Source of the DNA: Ignavibacteria bacterium
Lineage (GTDB): Bacteria > Bacteroidota > Ignavibacteria > Tepidaquicellales > OLB5
Reading direction: 5' to 3'
NCBI GenBank assembly: GCA_030835085.1
Contig: JAUQWQ010000034.1
Location: 5,415 to 69,414, forward strand
DNA: 64,000 bases
The stretch's first letter is position 1. The number at the start of each line of letters is the position of its first letter. This document shows positions 42,429 to 52,986 of this stretch, one piece after another. A model generated the notes under the pieces. The model was given only the letters and a program-made list of their open reading frames with translations. It was not told the origin of the DNA and searched no databases. The position numbers were made by a program, and so were the translations under genes.

Positions 42429-44366
42429 TGAATTTTCTATCCATATTCCGTCTTCCTTCATTATGCCGATCAGCTTATCCAACGCTTCGGGGTACGGAAT
42501 GCCGCGCTCAATTACATCTTTTCCGCGGTATAGAGTTATCCAGTTGGGTCCGGAACCCACAAAACCATAATCAGCATCCGCCATTTCACCGGGTCCGTTT
42601 ACAATGCAGCCCATAATGGCAATTTTAACGCCTTTTAAATGGTCAGTGCGCTTCTTTATCATAGCAGTAGTTACCTGCAGATCAAACTGCGTTCTGCCGC
42701 ATGATGGACAGCTTATATATTCGGTTTTTGATATACGTGTCCTGGTTGCCTGCAAAATTCCAAAGCTGACGCGGTTAATAACATCAATGCTGTTATCGGA
42801 TTTTATCCAAATACCATCACCCATTCCATCTATCAATAATGCGCCAATATCGGTTGCGCTGCTGATTGTGAGGTCTTCGTCATCAATTCCGGTGTAGCTG
42901 CGTGATAGTATTACCGGGGTTTCAATCCCCTGTTGCATTAATTCAATAGTTGCCCTGCGCTCTTCGGCCATTCCGTGCTGATTGGATGTATTGAGTAACA
43001 GCACACAAAATTTATCATTCTTCACAGCTTCAATAAGCTCAGGGGTAAGCTCATTAACTGTAACTGAAACAAAATTTATTCGGTATGATCTTCTTTCTGC
43101 TGTTAAATATTCCTTTGGTGTAAATAATGGAAAAGAATCGGACTTATCATCGAGTGTTTTCCAGTAGCTGTAATCGAATACTTTCTTCAATGTACCGGGT
43201 AATGCGTATGGCAAATCACCTGAGGCAAGGTAAACAAAATCCGGCGCTAAGTCACCAATATTCCATTTATCAAGCTCTTTTGAATAGCTATACGATATTT
43301 TCTCAAGTGATGATGGTTGTGCAAACTTTTTAGCATCAAGACTCAATATAACAACCGGCACATGGTGATTGCCTATTTTATCCGTCTCATATGTCTTTCT
43401 GCGCTGGTATGAAAAGGGGTCGTACGGTATCTCGGTATGCAGTTCTGCAATCGGCTTATGATTATCCCTGTTGTTATATCTTTCAACGATCCTTTTACAA
43501 ACGGGTATTTCAAACTCAGGGTCTTCCGTAAGTGAAACTCTTATCGTATCACCAAGGCCGTCTTCAAGCAATGTGCCAATGCCTACGGATGATTTTATCC
43601 TTCCGTCTTCGCCATCACCTGCTTCAGTTACTCCCAAATGCAGCGGATAGTTCATTCCTTCTTCGATCATCCTGTTAACAAGCAGTCTGTATGCTTCAAC
43701 CATTACCTGCGTATTGGATGATTTCATGGAAAGGATTATCTCGTGGTAATTCAGGTCACGGCAAATGCGCACAAACTCAAGGGCTGATTCCACCATACCA
43801 ATAGGCGTATCGCCGTAGCGGTTCATTATTCTATCGCTCAATGAGCCGTGGTTAGTCCCTATCCTCATTGCAGTGCCGTATTCTTTGCATATCTTTACCA
43901 GGGGTGAGAATTGCTCGTAGATTCTTTCAAGCTCTTCATTATACAGCTCATCGGTAAAACTGAATACTTTAAATTTCTTTTTATCTGCGTAGTTACCGGG
44001 GTTAACACGGACTTTCTCTACAATCCTGGCGGCAAGCTCTGCAGCATCGGGTTTGAAGTGAATATCCGCGACAATCGGGGTATCATATCCGCGGGCACGT
44101 AGTTCATTTTTGATGTTCTCCAGATTCTTTGCTTCTTTCACTGCGGGAGCTGTAATTCTAACCAGCTCACTGCCCGCTTCAATCATGCGTATTGACTGCT
44201 CAACAGTTCCCTTAGTATCCATGGTATCTGTTGTTGTCATTGATTGCACCCTGATGGGATTATTTCCGCCAATGCCAATATTACCAACCATTACTTCACG
44301 GGTTTTAAACCTTGAGTATTTTGTTAAAGAGTTGTTGTATATTTTATTTTGCACAACTGTTTCCAT
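42423..44366 (-). CDS. ispG: (E)-4-hydroxy-3-methylbut-2-enyl-diphosphate synthase, long form
   Basis: VQSMTTTDT, VADIHF, KVRVNPGN, RIGTNHGSLS, PLHLGVTEAG, SCPSCGRT, MGCIVNGPGE; 647 aa with the extra insertion domain. Confidence 0.97.
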   Translation of the reverse strand: METVVQNKIYNNSLTKYSRFKTREVMVGNIGIGGNNPIRVQSMTTTDTMDTKGTVEQSIRMIEAGSELVRITAPAVKEAKNLENIKNELRARGYDTPIVADIHFKPDAAELAARIVEKVRVNPGNYADKKKFKVFSFTDELYNEELERIYEQFSPLVKICKEYGTAMRIGTNHGSLSDRIMNRYGDTPIGMVESALEFVRICRDLNYHEIILSMKSSNTQVMVEAYRLLVNRMIEEGMNYPLHLGVTEAGDGEDGRIKSSVGIGTLLEDGLGDTIRVSLTEDPEFEIPVCKRIVERYNNRDNHKPIAELHTEIPYDPFSYQRRKTYETDKIGNHHVPVVILSLDAKKFAQPSSLEKISYSYSKELDKWNIGDLAPDFVYLASGDLPYALPGTLKKVFDYSYWKTLDDKSDSFPLFTPKEYLTAERRSYRINFVSVTVNELTPELIEAVKNDKFCVLLLNTSNQHGMAEERRATIELMQQGIETPVILSRSYTGIDDEDLTISSATDIGALLIDGMGDGIWIKSDNSIDVINRVSFGILQATRTRISKTEYISCPSCGRTQFDLQVTTAMIKKRTDHLKGVKIAIMGCIVNGPGEMADADYGFVGSGPNWITLYRGKDVIERGIPYPEALDKLIGIMKEDGIWIENSN

Positions 44367-44651
44367 TCACTTACTTTTCTTTCGGGTATCAATAATCCGA
44401 ATGATAATTATTCTGTCACCCTTTATTCTATACACAAGATAATTGTGTTTTGAAATCAAAACTTTTCGTAATACTTTGCTTTTATTAGAGACACTTCCTA
44501 ACGCAGGGAATTCTTTAAGATTGTAAATAATTGACATTGTGCTTTTATAAAAATCTTCGGCTACCAATGCAGACCAATCAGTTATCAGATATTGAATTAT
44601 ATTATCAAAATTCTCACTTGCTTTTTTCAACCAGACTACTTCTTTAACCAT
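44367..44651 (-). CDS. RelE/ParE family toxin
   Basis: VVWLKKASENFDNIIQYL...FPALG...HNYLVYRIKGDRIIIIRIIDTR; overlaps the upstream antitoxin by 16 nt. Confidence 0.85.
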   Translation of the reverse strand: MVKEVVWLKKASENFDNIIQYLITDWSALVAEDFYKSTMSIIYNLKEFPALGSVSNKSKVLRKVLISKHNYLVYRIKGDRIIIIRIIDTRKKSK

Positions 44652-44893
44652 TTTTTTGCTTCTTCCATAACCTGTTCATGCGGAATCAAATTACTCTCAT
44701 CTTCACATTCTTTTAATGCAAGATCAAGATCAGCTTTTTGTGCATCAGTCAGTTCATCCCACCAGTCACTGCCGGATTTTTCAAAATTTTGCTTCAGAGC
44801 AATAAAATATTCATAAAGCTTTGCAAGCTCCTTTTGGTCATCAATTTCATCTATCAGCTTATGAAAATTCGTTTTTATTTCAAGTTGGGTCAT
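44636..44893 (-). CDS. Putative antitoxin (addiction-module component)
   Basis: Small acidic protein, WWDELTDAQK...IPHEQVMEEAKKW; directly upstream of the toxin. Confidence 0.8.
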   Translation of the reverse strand: MTQLEIKTNFHKLIDEIDDQKELAKLYEYFIALKQNFEKSGSDWWDELTDAQKADLDLALKECEDESNLIPHEQVMEEAKKWLKK

Positions 44894-44908
44894 ATAATAA
44901 AATAATCA

Positions 44909-45871
44909 TTAATGTATCTTCTTGCTTGCTTCAAACAAAATGCGTTTTTCTTCTTCTGTTAAATTCTGGTAACCATCTTTACCTATTTTATCAAGTATCT
45001 CATCAACCTTTTCCTGTGTAATATCGGAATCAGAATAATTATTACCTTTGGAGTAGTACTCCGCATCACTGACATTTTCACCGGTAGAAGTGGTGTTATA
45101 TTTTTCGTAATACCTGTTGCGGTATATGTTTGTCGGCCGCTTTTGGTTCACCTTCGGAGTTTTATCAAACCTGAAAAGATCATTAATGTTGCTCCTTGTT
45201 ATCAATATATATACAAACCCAACCAATGCTCCGCCTAAATGCGCAAGATGCGCGACTCCGGTATTGCTGCCTACTGAAAATAATTCAATGGCCATATAGA
45301 TAATCACAAAGTACTTGGCTTTTATCGGCAGCAGGAAGTACAGGTAGATTTCCCTGTTGGGGAAAAGCATACCGAATGCTACAAGTATTCCGTAAACCGA
45401 GCCTGACGCGCCGACTGTCGGCAGGTTGAGTCCGCTGAATAATGGTGTAAGAAGAATAGTTGCCAGCCCTGCGCCAACGCCGCACATTAAGTAATACATC
45501 AAAAACTTTTTAGAGCCCCAGATGTTTTCAAGCTCCATACCGAACATCCATAAAGCAAGCATGTTCAGGAACAGATGCCAGAATCCGCCGTGCATAAAGA
45601 GGTATGTGAACAGCTGCCATGGGTAGAACGGAAAGACTTCGCTTCCTATGGGATTGAGCGCAAAGTATTTAAGAAAGAATACAGATATCGGGACTCCGCC
45701 AACTTTGAATCCCGCAAAGATAAAATGCTGAAAAATAAATATGGCAATATTTGATATGAGCAGGTATTTTATGACCGGCGGGAAAAATGAAAATCCCCCG
45801 AACATTGAGGGTCTGCTATACCTCAAGTTCTGATTGGTAAACCTGTCTTTTTGTGAGTTAAATATTCCCAT
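44909..45871 (-). CDS. Rhomboid intramembrane serine protease with C-terminal helical domain
   Basis: HLFLNMLALW, GASGSVYG, VAHLAHLGG; C-terminal VDEILDKIGKDGYQNLTEEEK. Confidence 0.93.
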   Translation of the reverse strand: MGIFNSQKDRFTNQNLRYSRPSMFGGFSFFPPVIKYLLISNIAIFIFQHFIFAGFKVGGVPISVFFLKYFALNPIGSEVFPFYPWQLFTYLFMHGGFWHLFLNMLALWMFGMELENIWGSKKFLMYYLMCGVGAGLATILLTPLFSGLNLPTVGASGSVYGILVAFGMLFPNREIYLYFLLPIKAKYFVIIYMAIELFSVGSNTGVAHLAHLGGALVGFVYILITRSNINDLFRFDKTPKVNQKRPTNIYRNRYYEKYNTTSTGENVSDAEYYSKGNNYSDSDITQEKVDEILDKIGKDGYQNLTEEEKRILFEASKKIH

Positions 45872-45905
45872 TTATTATTATAGACTCTTTACTGCACTAA
45901 AAATT

Positions 45906-46637
45906 TTATTGCGCAAGAAATTTAACTTCTTCCTGCGCCCGTTCAAGGTCTTCAGGAAAATCAATTTCCATACATTTATATTCTGAAACATCTACAGCAT
46001 ACATAGCGTTCCCCGTATCATAAAGCTCTTGGAACGATGCTTCATAGAACTCATTCATATTGTTTTCCTGAACTATCTTGCGTTCAAGTACTTCGCCAAG
46101 CTTCGCAAAAAATCCATATGAAAACCGCTCTATGCCGATTGATTCGCCGTAACTTGTATTAATATCCAGATGTTTGCCAATATGCTCAATTTTGTTAGTA
46201 CTATCAATTATAACTTTAATCTCCTCTTCGCTCAATAAATGACCTCGTTTTACGGCAAGACAATCTGTATGCGGAAATTCAAAAAGCTTCGAAATTATGC
46301 GGTAATCGAACAATATGTCGCTATCCAGCAGAATGGAATCACCTTTTATGTAATCTTTCGTCATCCAGAGCGAATAGCTGTTGTTATTATTTTCGTAATC
46401 GCTGTTTGTTAAGTATGTAATATCCAGCCCGGGAAATCTTTCAGAAATGTGCTCTTTTATCATATTTTCCCTGTAACCGGTAACCATAACAAAGCTCTTG
46501 ACCCCGTTTTTAAGGATATTATTGATCGTCATTTCAAGCAGGCTTTTTCCGCCAACCTGCAATAAACACTTTGGTGTTTCATCTGTAAGCGGGCGAAGCC
46601 GTTTTGCCATACCCGCAGCTAATATTATTGCCTGCAA
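45906..46637 (-). CDS. Nucleotidyltransferase (phosphocholine cytidylyltransferase-like)
   Basis: IILAAGMAKRLRPLT...PKCLL, NNSYSL, LLDSD, EIDFPEDL; TTG start. Confidence 0.85.
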   Translation of the reverse strand: MQAIILAAGMAKRLRPLTDETPKCLLQVGGKSLLEMTINNILKNGVKSFVMVTGYRENMIKEHISERFPGLDITYLTNSDYENNNNSYSLWMTKDYIKGDSILLDSDILFDYRIISKLFEFPHTDCLAVKRGHLLSEEEIKVIIDSTNKIEHIGKHLDINTSYGESIGIERFSYGFFAKLGEVLERKIVQENNMNEFYEASFQELYDTGNAMYAVDVSEYKCMEIDFPEDLERAQEEVKFLAQ

Positions 46638-46750
46638 ATTTGCTCCTTAATGTAAACCACAAAAATACTGAAAATGCAGGTCAGAAGCAGTGGAGAAAAC
46701 ATGATTTAATAGAGAAAAAGAATAGGTATTAGATAAATTAAAATCTTTCC

Positions 46751-46758
46751 TATATTTG
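46751..46758 (+). promoter_or_regulatory. TAnnTTTG (-7 element-like)
   Basis: TATATTTG, 22 nt upstream of the ATG at 46781. Confidence 0.45.
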
Positions 46759-46780
46759 AACTCTTAATTAATAAAAAATT

Positions 46781-47641
46781 ATGGAATTATTAAAAATACT
46801 CACATTAATTGTTCAAATGGGAATGCCTCTGACATTCCCCGATGGTGATGCTTCACTTCAGCAGCCGCTGGCTGATAAAATTGAAGTGATCTGCAAAGAT
46901 GATAAATACCCCGAAGCATCAAAACTGCATGAACTGAAAAACACCACCAAATTCAAAAAAACAAAACCATCCATCTTCACAAAAGAAAATACAAAAAATC
47001 TCTACATTTTTTTAACTCACATTGATTCAACTTACCTTTACCTTGAAGATTGCGATTACAGTCTGCTGAAATTCATGCGCTATAAAACAGAAAAGCAAAA
47101 CCTGCAGTATAAAGTGGTTGATTCAATGACATACTTTGTGAATGAAGAAAAACTCAGGCTTGTAAGATGGAACAACCCGATTAATTTTAAGATATTTGAG
47201 AATAACACTGTGTTTGAAACTACCTTTAATAATTACACAGAGTATTGGGAGTGCAGCAATAAACTGGATTACTCACCGAAGTATCCTTATACTTTTCCAA
47301 AGCCAACTCCTTTAAGGATTAACTACACAGATGAACAGCATGAAGACCTTGCATATATTTTAAAGAATCCGATAATGGTGTTTTCAATTCTGCCGCTGGA
47401 TGAAATGACTTACGAGCTTCCTTACAACCTTGAGGCATCATCAAAAAAAGAGGAGCTTGAAACCGGCTCAGGCAAAAATATTGAAGGAACCGGAATTGAT
47501 CTTGATAACGATAAAATACTTGATGCTTTCTGGTACAACGAAGTTCAGGACAGCAAAATTGTTGAAGTTGTAACAAGGCTTTACGTGAATATTGAAGGCA
47601 AGTGGATTCCGGTGTGGTACACATATTTCAGAGAAATGTAA
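46781..47641 (+). CDS. Hypothetical protein
   Basis: 286-aa ORF filling the intergenic space; no family recognised. Confidence 0.7.
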   Translation: MELLKILTLIVQMGMPLTFPDGDASLQQPLADKIEVICKDDKYPEASKLHELKNTTKFKKTKPSIFTKENTKNLYIFLTHIDSTYLYLEDCDYSLLKFMRYKTEKQNLQYKVVDSMTYFVNEEKLRLVRWNNPINFKIFENNTVFETTFNNYTEYWECSNKLDYSPKYPYTFPKPTPLRINYTDEQHEDLAYILKNPIMVFSILPLDEMTYELPYNLEASSKKEELETGSGKNIEGTGIDLDNDKILDAFWYNEVQDSKIVEVVTRLYVNIEGKWIPVWYTYFREM

Positions 47642-47663
47642 ATATTACGGAAGAAATTTTTAT

Positions 47664-48332
47664 ATGATAAAAGCAGTAATTTTTGATATGGACGGCGTTA
47701 TACTTGATTCAGAGCCGTTCTGGAAAGAAGCGGAAATAAAAATATTCAATTATTTGGGCGTACCATTGACCGAAGAAATGTGCGAAACAACAACAGGCAT
47801 GCGCCTTGTTGATGTTGTTAAGTTATGGCATGAAAAATACCCCTGGGACTTAAAGGAAAATCCTTTTGAAAAAGTCGGTGCTGAAATAGTTGATTCGCTG
47901 ATTGCGCTGATAAAACAAAAGGGAATATTAAACGCCGGCGTAACTGAATTGCTTGATATGTTCGCAGCAAAAGAACTGCCAATGGCAATTGCTTCTTCAA
48001 GCGATAAAAAGATAATTGATGCGGTAATGAATAAATTTGATATCGCAAAGTATTTCAAAGTTATCCATTCAGCTGAATATGAAGAATACGGCAAGCCGCA
48101 CCCTGCAATATATATTTCAACAGCAAAAATGCTGGGTGTTGAACCACAGGATTGCCTTGCCATAGAAGATTCATTTAACGGGGTAGTTTCAGCAATAGCC
48201 GCAAGAATGAAGACTGCTGCATATCCCGAAAAAACCAATTTCTACAATCCTAAATTCGCGATTGCCGATATCAGATTCAGAACCCTGAAGGATTTTACGG
48301 AAGAAGAGTTTAAAAAATTGAATTATTTATAA
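47664..48332 (+). CDS. HAD family phosphatase (HxpB/YniC-like)
   Basis: VIFDMDGVILDSE, ASSS, GKPHPAIY, AIEDSFNG. Start re-placed at MIKAV (47664). Confidence 0.9.
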   Translation: MIKAVIFDMDGVILDSEPFWKEAEIKIFNYLGVPLTEEMCETTTGMRLVDVVKLWHEKYPWDLKENPFEKVGAEIVDSLIALIKQKGILNAGVTELLDMFAAKELPMAIASSSDKKIIDAVMNKFDIAKYFKVIHSAEYEEYGKPHPAIYISTAKMLGVEPQDCLAIEDSFNGVVSAIAARMKTAAYPEKTNFYNPKFAIADIRFRTLKDFTEEEFKKLNYL

Positions 48333-48374
48333 TATTGCTTCATCTGCTGAGGCAGATTCGCAAGAAGGAATAAT

Positions 48375-48704
48375 ATGCTGATAGTTGTTGCGGGTCCGTA
48401 TAACGCTAACACTGATGAAGAAAAAGCGAGGAACCTTAAGGCAATGAATATTGCCGCTGCAGCTGTTTACAAAAAAGGGCATATTCCTGTTATTGGTGTG
48501 AATGCATCTTTGTATGTTGCTGATGAGCTTCCTGAGCTTGACCGCAGAAAGATTATTTCTGATATTTCTTTTGCTGTTGTTGAGCGCTGTGATGCCATAC
48601 TAATGGTTGGTTCATCCCCTGGTGCTGATCATGAACGAAGAATTATTGAAAGTAAAGGTTTACCGGTGTATTTTTCAGTAAACGATATTCCAGAGGCAAA
48701 ATGA
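48375..48704 (+). CDS. DUF4406-like small protein (nucleoside 2-deoxyribosyltransferase-like fold)
   Basis: VAGPY, GHIP, RCDAIL...SPGADHE...GLPVY. Confidence 0.65.
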   Translation: MLIVVAGPYNANTDEEKARNLKAMNIAAAAVYKKGHIPVIGVNASLYVADELPELDRRKIISDISFAVVERCDAILMVGSSPGADHERRIIESKGLPVYFSVNDIPEAK

Positions 48705-49426
48705 ATCCGAACGTACCCTTTTACATAAGTGCTTTGGTATTTCTTACAGTATTGTTAATTTTAGCATTTGTTTTTTATTCATTGAAGTATGCTCTTTCAA
48801 AAATGAACGCACCTGCCGGAAAGCAAAAGAAATATTACATTGTTACAGCAGTTATTATAACAGGCTGGCTTGTGACTTCTGCATTGATCGCATTCAACGG
48901 TACTTTGTTTGATTTTACTTCAACTCCCCCTAAATTAATGCTGATCGTACTGCCCCCTGTACTCGCTATAAGCTACTTAAGCAGTTCCGCCCGGGTTAAT
49001 TCTCTCATTCAGGAAATTCCATCATCGTGGCTGGTATATATCCAATCGTTCAGAATTCTTGTTGAAATGTTCTTATGGATGCTTTTTGCCCGAAATATCA
49101 TTCCGGTCCAAATGACATTTGAAGGATTGAATTATGATATACTGACGGGCTTAAGCGCTCCGCTTGTGGCATATTATTCATTGAGTCAGAATATATGGCC
49201 GCGTATTGTTGCAGTGTTATGGAATTTTGCCGGGCTTCTTTTAGTAACTAATATTTTCCTGGTGGCATTTTTATCCACACCCGGTCCATTAAGGCAATTC
49301 TTCAATGAACCGCCAAATACAATTGTGGCATACTTTCCTTTCGTTTGGCTGCCTGCGTTCATCGTTCCGTTTGCATATCTCATGCATATACTTTCCATAA
49401 AGCAGATCGTAAAATTCAATAAATAA
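48701..49426 (+). CDS. Polytopic membrane protein of unknown function
   Basis: About 7 TM segments; QSFRILVE, NYDILTG, FPFVWLPAFIVP. Confidence 0.7.
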   Translation: MNPNVPFYISALVFLTVLLILAFVFYSLKYALSKMNAPAGKQKKYYIVTAVIITGWLVTSALIAFNGTLFDFTSTPPKLMLIVLPPVLAISYLSSSARVNSLIQEIPSSWLVYIQSFRILVEMFLWMLFARNIIPVQMTFEGLNYDILTGLSAPLVAYYSLSQNIWPRIVAVLWNFAGLLLVTNIFLVAFLSTPGPLRQFFNEPPNTIVAYFPFVWLPAFIVPFAYLMHILSIKQIVKFNK

Positions 49427-49427
49427 C

Positions 49428-49985
49428 ATGGAACTTCCTAATACAGAATCAGAGCGGTTGATATTAAGATCATTAGTCGTAAATGATGCAGAAGAGCTGT
49501 ATCAATTCAGGACACGCAATGCTGAGTTCTTTAAACCATGGAGCCCGTCCTATCCAGATGATTACTTTAATAAGGATTATCACAGAAAAAATTTAATTCA
49601 GATCGAATCAGATGTATTAAAAGGTGTATTGGTGCAGTTTGGTGTATATCTGAAAACAGGTCCGAAAAAGATGATAGGTTCAGTAGTATTTTCTAATATT
49701 ATTATGGGTCCCTTTAGATCCTGTTACCTGGGATACAGGATAGACAAAGATGAGCTCAACAAAGGTTATGCTTCAGAAGCTATCAAAGCAGGAAGTAAAT
49801 TTATGTTCACTGATAAAAAACTTCACAGAATCGAAGCAAACATCATTCCGCGCAACATTGCCTCGATCAAAGCCATAGAAAAAGCAGGATTTGTTTATGA
49901 GGGAATATCAAAAAAATATCTGAATATTAACGGTGTATGGGAAGATCATTTGCATTACGTACTGCTTAACAGCGAAATCGAATAA
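49428..49985 (+). CDS. RimJ-like GNAT N-acetyltransferase
   Basis: SCYLGY, NKGYASEAI, LHRIEANIIPRNIAS, INGVWEDH. Confidence 0.88.
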   Translation: MELPNTESERLILRSLVVNDAEELYQFRTRNAEFFKPWSPSYPDDYFNKDYHRKNLIQIESDVLKGVLVQFGVYLKTGPKKMIGSVVFSNIIMGPFRSCYLGYRIDKDELNKGYASEAIKAGSKFMFTDKKLHRIEANIIPRNIASIKAIEKAGFVYEGISKKYLNINGVWEDHLHYVLLNSEIE

Positions 49986-50001
49986 ATGTTAAACTGAATC
50001 T

Positions 50002-51243
50002 TTAATTCAGACTTTCTACTCTAAACGGTTCAAGTGCTTCATCGATTGCAGATGCACCGGGGTAAAATGAAACTATTTTCTGAAGCACTTCATCAAGTAT
50101 TGCATCGGGACACGATGCCCCGCTTGTGAGAATTATCTCAGTTGGTTTATCACTTCCATTTTTCAGCCAATCAGTGGTTGTCTCTTCTTCGTTTTTGTGA
50201 ATATTGTAATGACTTATCAGCTTTTCTGAAATTATCTTTTCTGCCCCCGAAATAAAATAAACGGGTAATTTGCTTTCGCAGAGCTCAACTATGTGAGATG
50301 TATTTGAGCTGTTGTAACCCCCAACAACTATCGCAAAATCAGCATTGCCGCCAAGTAAACCCAATGTTGCCTGCTGGTTATCATAGGTAGCATAACATAA
50401 AGTATCACTTGTATCGGCGTAATGATCCTTAATTTTATCTTCACCGTATTTTTCGGCCATGGCTGTTTTTATCATATCTGCAATTGCCTGTGTCTCGGTA
50501 GCAAGCATTGTCGTCTGGTTAACTACACCAATATGATCAAGATCCCGTTCCACATTAAATCCTTCCGAATACTTTCCGGCAAACATAGCGTAAAATTCTG
50601 ATGGCGGTATCTTTCCAAGAATAATATCGCAGAGCAATTTAGTTTCTTCAATATTCCTGACAATCAGTGTGGGTGAATTCTGCTTTGAATGCGAAAAAGT
50701 AGCAATTGTTTCTTCGTGGTTATATTTACCATGTACTATTATCGTATAACTTTTTTTACCAAGCGCTTCAGCGCGGTTCCATACTTTTTCCACAAAGGGA
50801 CAGGTTGTATCATACTTATAAGGGTCAATTCCCCTTTTAGCAAGCATCTGCTGAATTTCTATAGTAGTGCCGAATGCCGGCACAATTACGATATCATCTG
50901 AATTCAGCTCATCCCAGGGAATCAGCTGCTTGCCGTTATGTTCACGAAGGAACCGCACGCCCCTTTGGCTGAGATCGCTGTTTACACTGGGATTATGTAT
51001 CATTTCGCTCAGCAAAAAAACCCTTTTGCCGGGGTTTTGCTCAAGTGACTTATACGCTATTTCAATGGCGTTTTCAACGCCGTAACAGAAACCAAAATGC
51101 CGGGCAATTAAAAATTTTACGGGACCGAAATCGAGTACCGAAGGAGTATAATCCTTCTTTCTGGGGTCAGTGATTTTCCTGGCATTCTTAACAACAGAAA
51201 TTACAGGGCTGCGGTAATATATGGGTATATCAAATTTCTTCAT
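50002..51243 (-). CDS. ispH: 4-hydroxy-3-methylbut-2-enyl diphosphate reductase
   Basis: FGFCYGVENA, EMIHNP, DTTCPFV, HEET, NQTTM, TLCYAT, GGYNSSNT, SGASCPD. Confidence 0.96.
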   Translation of the reverse strand: MKKFDIPIYYRSPVISVVKNARKITDPRKKDYTPSVLDFGPVKFLIARHFGFCYGVENAIEIAYKSLEQNPGKRVFLLSEMIHNPSVNSDLSQRGVRFLREHNGKQLIPWDELNSDDIVIVPAFGTTIEIQQMLAKRGIDPYKYDTTCPFVEKVWNRAEALGKKSYTIIVHGKYNHEETIATFSHSKQNSPTLIVRNIEETKLLCDIILGKIPPSEFYAMFAGKYSEGFNVERDLDHIGVVNQTTMLATETQAIADMIKTAMAEKYGEDKIKDHYADTSDTLCYATYDNQQATLGLLGGNADFAIVVGGYNSSNTSHIVELCESKLPVYFISGAEKIISEKLISHYNIHKNEEETTTDWLKNGSDKPTEIILTSGASCPDAILDEVLQKIVSFYPGASAIDEALEPFRVESLN

Positions 51244-51244
51244 T

Positions 51245-52897
51245 CTATTTAATCATGGGCATATTAATGCCGAATTTCTTTTCATTTTCTATTGCCTGTT
51301 CATATCCTGCATCGGCATGACGTACAATTCCCATCCCCGGATCATATGTTAACACTCTTTCCAATCGTTCTTCGGCTTCCTTGGTTCCATCCGCAACCAC
51401 AACCATACCGCTGTGGATAGATAAACCTATACCCACTCCCCCGCCATGATGTAACGATACCCAGCTTGCGCCGCCTACAGCATTTAATGCAAAGTTCAGG
51501 ATAGGCCAGTCTGCAATTGCGTCACTGCCATCTTTCATCTTTTCAGTTTCTCGGTTTGGTGATGCTACACTGCCGCAATCAAGATGGTCGCGTCCAATAA
51601 CTATTGGAGCTTTCACTTTGCCATCCCGTACAAGTTCATTGAATATCTTACCCATCTTAGCTCTTTCACCGTAACCCAGCCAGCAAATTCTTGCAGGCAG
51701 TCCCTGGAAGTGAACTTTTTCCTGCGCTTTTTTTATCCATCTTGCAAGCGCTTTATTTTCAGGGAAAGTTTTAAGTACATATTCATCAGTTACGAATATA
51801 TCATTGGGGTCACCACTGAGTGCTGCCCACCGGAAAGGTCCTTTGCCATCACAAAATAACGGGCGGATGTACTCCGGGACAAATCCGGGAATATCGAAGG
51901 CTTCTTTGAAACCGTGATTCATCGCTTCACCGCGGATGTTGTTACCATAATCAAATACAATCGAACCTTTTTTCAGGAAATCATGCATTGCCTTACAATG
52001 AACAACAACAGTATCTCTTGAAAGCTTAATATATTTTTCGGGGTCAGATTTTCTGAGTTCCAGTGCCTCCTCAAATGACATTCCCATTGGTACATAGCCG
52101 TTCAGCATATCGTGCGCTGAAGTCTGGTCAGTTACAATATCGGGAATGATGTTTCTCTTAAGCAGTTCAGGAAGTATATCTCCGGCATTGCCAACAAGTC
52201 CAATGGATTTAGCTTCTCTATTCTTTTTAGCTTCCTGTACTAGTTTTATAGCTTCATCTAAATCTTCAGTGATAACATCGCAGTAACCTGTATCAATTCT
52301 TTTTTGAATCCTTGTTTTATCAACATCAATTCCAAGAATCACTGCACCGTTCATAGTGGCAGCAAGGGGCTGTGCTCCGCCCATTCCCCCTAGGCCTGCA
52401 GTCAGAATAAATCTGCCGGAGAGATCACTGTTAAAATGTTTATCAGCGCAGGCAGCAAATGTTTCGTAGGTACCCTGCAGAATTCCCTGAGAACCGATAT
52501 ATATCCATGAGCCGGCAGTCATTTGTCCGTACATTGTGAGTCCGAGTGCATCCAGCCTGCGGAATTCATCCCAGTTAGCCCATGCAGGTACAAGCTGCGC
52601 ATTTGATATAATTACTTTGGGGGCATTTGTATGTGTCTTAAATACAGCAACCGGTTTACCTGACTGAACAAGCAGGGTCTCATCTTCATTCAGTTTTTTC
52701 AGTGAGTCTATTATAGCATCATAACATTCCCAGTTTCTTGCGGCTTTGCCGCCGCCGCCGTATACAACTAAATCATCCGGGCGTTCGGCAACATCTGGAT
52801 CTAAATTGTTCATTAACATACGCATGGCAGCTTCTGATATCCAGTTTTTGCAGGATAGTTCTGAGCCGGTGGGAGCTTTTATAATTCTTTTTGACAT
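51245..52897 (-). CDS. hutU: Urocanate hydratase
   Basis: [57 protein letters not shown]. Confidence 0.99.
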   Translation of the reverse strand: MSKRIIKAPTGSELSCKNWISEAAMRMLMNNLDPDVAERPDDLVVYGGGGKAARNWECYDAIIDSLKKLNEDETLLVQSGKPVAVFKTHTNAPKVIISNAQLVPAWANWDEFRRLDALGLTMYGQMTAGSWIYIGSQGILQGTYETFAACADKHFNSDLSGRFILTAGLGGMGGAQPLAATMNGAVILGIDVDKTRIQKRIDTGYCDVITEDLDEAIKLVQEAKKNREAKSIGLVGNAGDILPELLKRNIIPDIVTDQTSAHDMLNGYVPMGMSFEEALELRKSDPEKYIKLSRDTVVVHCKAMHDFLKKGSIVFDYGNNIRGEAMNHGFKEAFDIPGFVPEYIRPLFCDGKGPFRWAALSGDPNDIFVTDEYVLKTFPENKALARWIKKAQEKVHFQGLPARICWLGYGERAKMGKIFNELVRDGKVKAPIVIGRDHLDCGSVASPNRETEKMKDGSDAIADWPILNFALNAVGGASWVSLHHGGGVGIGLSIHSGMVVVADGTKEAEERLERVLTYDPGMGIVRHADAGYEQAIENEKKFGINMPMIK

Positions 52898-52919
52898 AGT
52901 AATTAATAGGATTAAGATA

Positions 52920-52927
52920 CAAAGATA
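52920..52927 (-). promoter_or_regulatory. TAnnTTTG (-7 element-like) upstream of hutU
   Basis: Minus strand TATCTTTG, 22 nt upstream of the hutU ATG. Confidence 0.45.
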
Positions 52928-52986
52928 AGGGTTTTAGAGAATGTTTAACAGGTGAAAAATTTGAAAGGATTATATAAATTATGTTT

